This document shows positions 60,201 to 64,000 of a stretch of DNA of 64,000 nucleotides, one piece after another. The notes beneath the pieces are model-generated. The model worked only from the letters and a program-made list of their open reading frames with translations. It had not been told where the DNA came from and did not search any database. The stretch's first letter is position 1. Each line of letters opens with the position of its first letter. Source of the stretch: Pristiophorus japonicus. Taxonomy: Eukaryota. The stretch spans positions 89,838,001-89,902,000 of the forward strand of contig NC_091994.1 in NCBI RefSeq assembly GCF_044704955.1, written 5' to 3'. The position numbers were made by a program, and so were the translations under genes.

Positions 60201-63200
60201 TATTGTGTTCCTAACACAGATGAGACTGCACACAGGGAGGTTAGAGTAACAGTGACCTCAGTCTTTAAGACACTCTAGAGTGAGGAACAGGCCTCAGGGG
60301 CCGGCTTATATACAGTGCTCCCAAGTGATGCTGGGATCCCTTGGGACTTCAGTGGATGCGCACCCTGGTGGCGGAACATGGGAGTGCATCCTTTACAGAT
60401 ACACAACATCACTGCCCCCCAAAGTCAAAGTGAAAGCTATTTACAAGCTGAGGCGGTCGGGAGCCTTTCTTTCCCTGGTGGACCGCCTCGGTACAAATGT
60501 CTGTTCTGGTGTGTTGGCTGTGCCCTCGCTGGTCTGGTGTGTTGTTGGCCCTGCAGGGCTGCTGGGTGAGCCTGGCCTTGCTGGGCTGTTGGGCGTGATG
60601 GGTTCAATTTCCTGGTCCGGGGTGGTGTCGTTGATCCTTTGGGTGTGTGTTGTCGGCTCGGAAAAGGTGGTGTCTGCTGTGGGTTGTTCAGGGCAGTCTG
60701 TGAACCGCAGCCTCGTTTGGTCCAGGTGCTTTCTGCAAATTTGTCCATTGTCTAGTTTGACTACAAACACCCTACTCCCTTCTTTAGCTATCACCGTGCC
60801 CGTGATCCACTTGCGACCATGTCCATAGTTTAGCACATACACAGGGTCATTCAGATCAATTTCCCATGACACAGTGGCGCAACCATCGTTTACATTTTGT
60901 TGCTGCCACCTGCTCTCTACCTGATCATGCAGGTTGGGGTGAACCAGCGAGAGTCTGGTTTTAAGTATCCTTTTTCATGAGTAGCTCAGCCGGGGGCATC
61001 CCTATGAGCGAGTGAGGTCTCGTGCGGTAGCTGAGCAGTACTCGGGACAGGCGGGTTTGGAGTGAGCCTTCTGTGACTCATTTGAGGCTCAGTTTGATTG
61101 TTTGTACTGCCCGCTCTGCCTGCCCATTGGAGTCTGGTTTAAACGGGGCCGAGGTGACATGTTTGATCCCATTGCGGGTCATGAATTCTTTAAATTCGGC
61201 ACTGGTGAAACATGGCCTATTGTCACTGATCAGTATGTCAGGCAGGCCGTGGGTGGCAAACATGACCCTCAGGCTTTCAATGGTGGTGGTGGTGGTGCTT
61301 CCTGACATTATTTCACATTCAATCCATTTTGAAAAAACATCCACAACCACCAGGAACATTTTACCGAAAAACGGGCCCACATCGTCGACATGAATCCTCG
61401 ACCATGGTCTGGTGGGCCAGGACCACAAACTTAGTGGCGCCTCTCTGGGCGCGTTGCAGAACTGAGCACACACACGGCATTGCTGTACACAGGACTCTAA
61501 GTCAGAATCGATACTGGGCCACCACACGTGGGATCTGGCTATCGCTTTCATCATTATTATACCCGGGTGTGTGCTGTGGAAATCTGCCTGAATGGACAGC
61601 TCGTCCTTTCGCCGCTGGAATGGCTTGATTAGCTCTTGCATTTCAACTGGGATGATCGCCCAGCTTTCATGCAGTACACAATTTTTTACTGGGACAGCAG
61701 AGGATCTTGGCTGGTCCAAGTCCTAATCTGGCGGGCCGTGACAAGTGATTTATCATTTTCAAACGCTTCCATGACCTTCAACAAGTCTGCTGGCTGTGCC
61801 ACCATCAACAAGTTTGCAGGCTGCGCCATTTCCACCCCCGACTGAGAGCATCCGCACAGTTCTCAGTGCTTGATCTGTGGCGGATGGTATAGTTATACGC
61901 TGAAAGTGCGAGTGTCCACCTTTGTATGCGGGCTGAGGCATTAGTATTTATCCCCTTGTTTTCAGCGAACAGAGATATGAGGGGCTTACTACAGAAGATA
62001 AAGGTACGCGGAGTCAGAGGAAATGTATGAGCATGGATCGAGAATTGGCTGGCTAACAGAAAGCAGAGAGTCGGGATAAATGGGTCCTTTTCAGGTTGGA
62101 AATCGGTGGTTAGTGGTGTGCCACAGGGATCGGTGCTGGGACCACAACTGTTTACAATATACATAGATGACCTGGAAGAGGGGACAGAGTGTAGTGTAAC
62201 GAAATTTGCAGATGACACAAAGATTAATGGGAAAGCGGGTTGTGTAGAGGACACAGAGGCTGCAAAGAGATTTGGATAGGTTAAGTGAATGGGCTAAGGT
62301 TTGGCAGATGGAATACAATGTCGAAAAATGTGAGGTCATCCATCTTGGAAAAAAAAACAGTAAAAGGGAATATTATTTGAATGGGGAGAAATTACAACGT
62401 GCTGCGGTGCAGAGGGACCTGGGGGTCCTTGTGCATGAATCCCAAAAAGTTAAGTTTGCAGGTACAGCAGGTAATCAGGAAGGCGAATGGAATGTTGGCC
62501 TTCATTGTGAGAGGGATGGAGTACAAAAGCAGGGAGGTCCTGCTGCAACTGTACAGGGTATTGGTGAGGCCGCACCTGGAGTACTAAGTGCAGTTTTGGT
62601 CACCTTACTTAAGGAAGGATATACTAGCTTTGGAGGGGGTACAGAGACGATTCACTAGGCTGATTCCGGAGATGAGGGGGTTACCTTATAATGATAGATT
62701 GAGTAGACTGGGTCTTTACTTGTTGGAATTCAGAAGGATGAGGAATGATCTTATAGAAACATTTAAAATAATGAAAGGGATAAACAAGATAGAGGCAGAG
62801 AGGTTGTTTCCACTGGTCGGGGAGACTAGAACTAGGGGGCACAGTCTCAAAATACAGTGGAGCCAATTTAAAACTGAGTTGAGAAGGAATTTCTTCTCCC
62901 AGAGGGTTGTGAATCTGTGGAATTCTTTGCCCAAGGAAGCAGTTGAGACTAGCTCATTGAATGTGTTCAAATCACAGATAGATAGATTTTTAACCAATAA
63001 GAGAATTAAGGGTTATGGGGAGCGGGCGGGTAAGTGGAGCTGAGTCCACGGCCAGATCAGCCATGATCTTGTTGAATGGCGGAGCAGGCTCGAGGGGCTA
63101 GATGGCCTACTCCTGTTCCTAATTCTTATGTTCTTATGTTCTTATGTGATCGGTTTGCAGCTCAAATTTTGAGGCCAAACAGGTACTGATGCATTTTCTT

Positions 63201-64000
63201 TACCCCGAACACACACGTTAATGTCTCTTTCTCAATCACGGCCTTAGACAAGCTCCTGGAGGCATAGGCGACAGGTTGCAACTGCCCCGCAACGTTAGCG
63301 TGTCGTAATACACACCCGACTCTGTACGACGACGCATCACATGCTAGCACAAGTCTTTTACACGGGTTATACAATACAAGCAGCTTGTTGGAGCATAAAA
63401 TGTTTCTGGCTTTCTCAAAAGCAATTACTTGCTTTTTTCCCCATACCCAGTTCCCACCTTTGCGCAATAATACATGTAGGAGCTCTAAGAGGGTGCTTAA
63501 CCCCGGTAGGATGTCACCAAAATAGTTGAGGATTTCCAGGAACGACCGCAGTTCCGTGACGTCCTGTGGCCTGGGCACGTTCCTGATAGCCTCTGTCTTG
63601 GCGTCTGTGGGCTGAATGCCGTCCACCATGATCTTTCTTCCCAAAAACTCCATTTCTGTTGCCATGAAGACGCATTTTGACCTCTTCAGCCGCAGCCCTA
63701 CGCGATCCAGTCGCTGGAGGACCTCCTCCAGGTTTTGTAGGTGCTCGACCCGTGACCAATATGTCGTCCTGAAAAACCACTGTGTGTGGTACCGACTTGA
63801 GTAGGCTCTCCATGTTTCTCTGGAAGATCGCTGCAGCCGACCGAATTCCAAATGGGCATCTGTTGTAGATGAACAGTCCCTTGTGCGTGTTGATGTAGGT
63901 GAGGCCCTTCAAAGACTCTTCCAGCTCCTGCGTCATGTAGGCCGAAGTCAGGTCGAACTTGGTGAATGTCTTGCCTCCTGCCAGTGTCGCAAATAGGTCA
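60201..64000 (-). mobile_element. Defective Mag-like Gypsy element, 3' part (continues beyond window)
   Basis: 3' LTR 60201-60408, PPT; integrase (HPG..C..C, ISDN, NGQAER), RNaseH (ACDAS), RT (PFGIRSAAAIFQR, VFQDD). Confidence 0.93.
61988..63147 (+). mobile_element. Young CR1 (TTCTTATG family) inserted in Gypsy RNaseH
   Basis: Flanks rejoin as ELQTDH|KPLISL. Confidence 0.95.

Overview
Vertebrate genomic DNA, very probably a cartilaginous fish (inferred from the repeat landscape: many CR1 LINEs with (ACATAGAA)n/(ACATAAGA)n tails, Deu-core tRNA SINEs, Mag-like Gypsy elements, Harbinger transposons). Only three host coding regions are recognisable, all on the minus strand: the first coding exon of OTUD3 (8519-8721) and two intact single-coding-exon V1R-like ORA3/ORA4-clade receptor genes (19992-20921, 54218-55165). 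Most of the rest is nested transposable elements: three Gypsy proviruses, solo LTRs, a 2.9-kb Harbinger with perfect TIRs/TSD, several MITEs, CR1/L2/RTE fragments and SINEs. The most unusual object is the LTR element at 34702-39499: it keeps gag and protease, has no recognisable RT/RNaseH/integrase, and a young CR1 inserted in frame so that one ~485-codon ORF joins Gag to a LINE reverse transcriptase; this may be chance. Other points of interest are a structured RTE-tailed short retroposon, an 83-bp fold-back palindrome, a 67-bp perfect inverted repeat 1.8 kb apart and a possible third ORA relic. Family names come from motif recognition by eye, not database searches; boundaries of old repeats are approximate.
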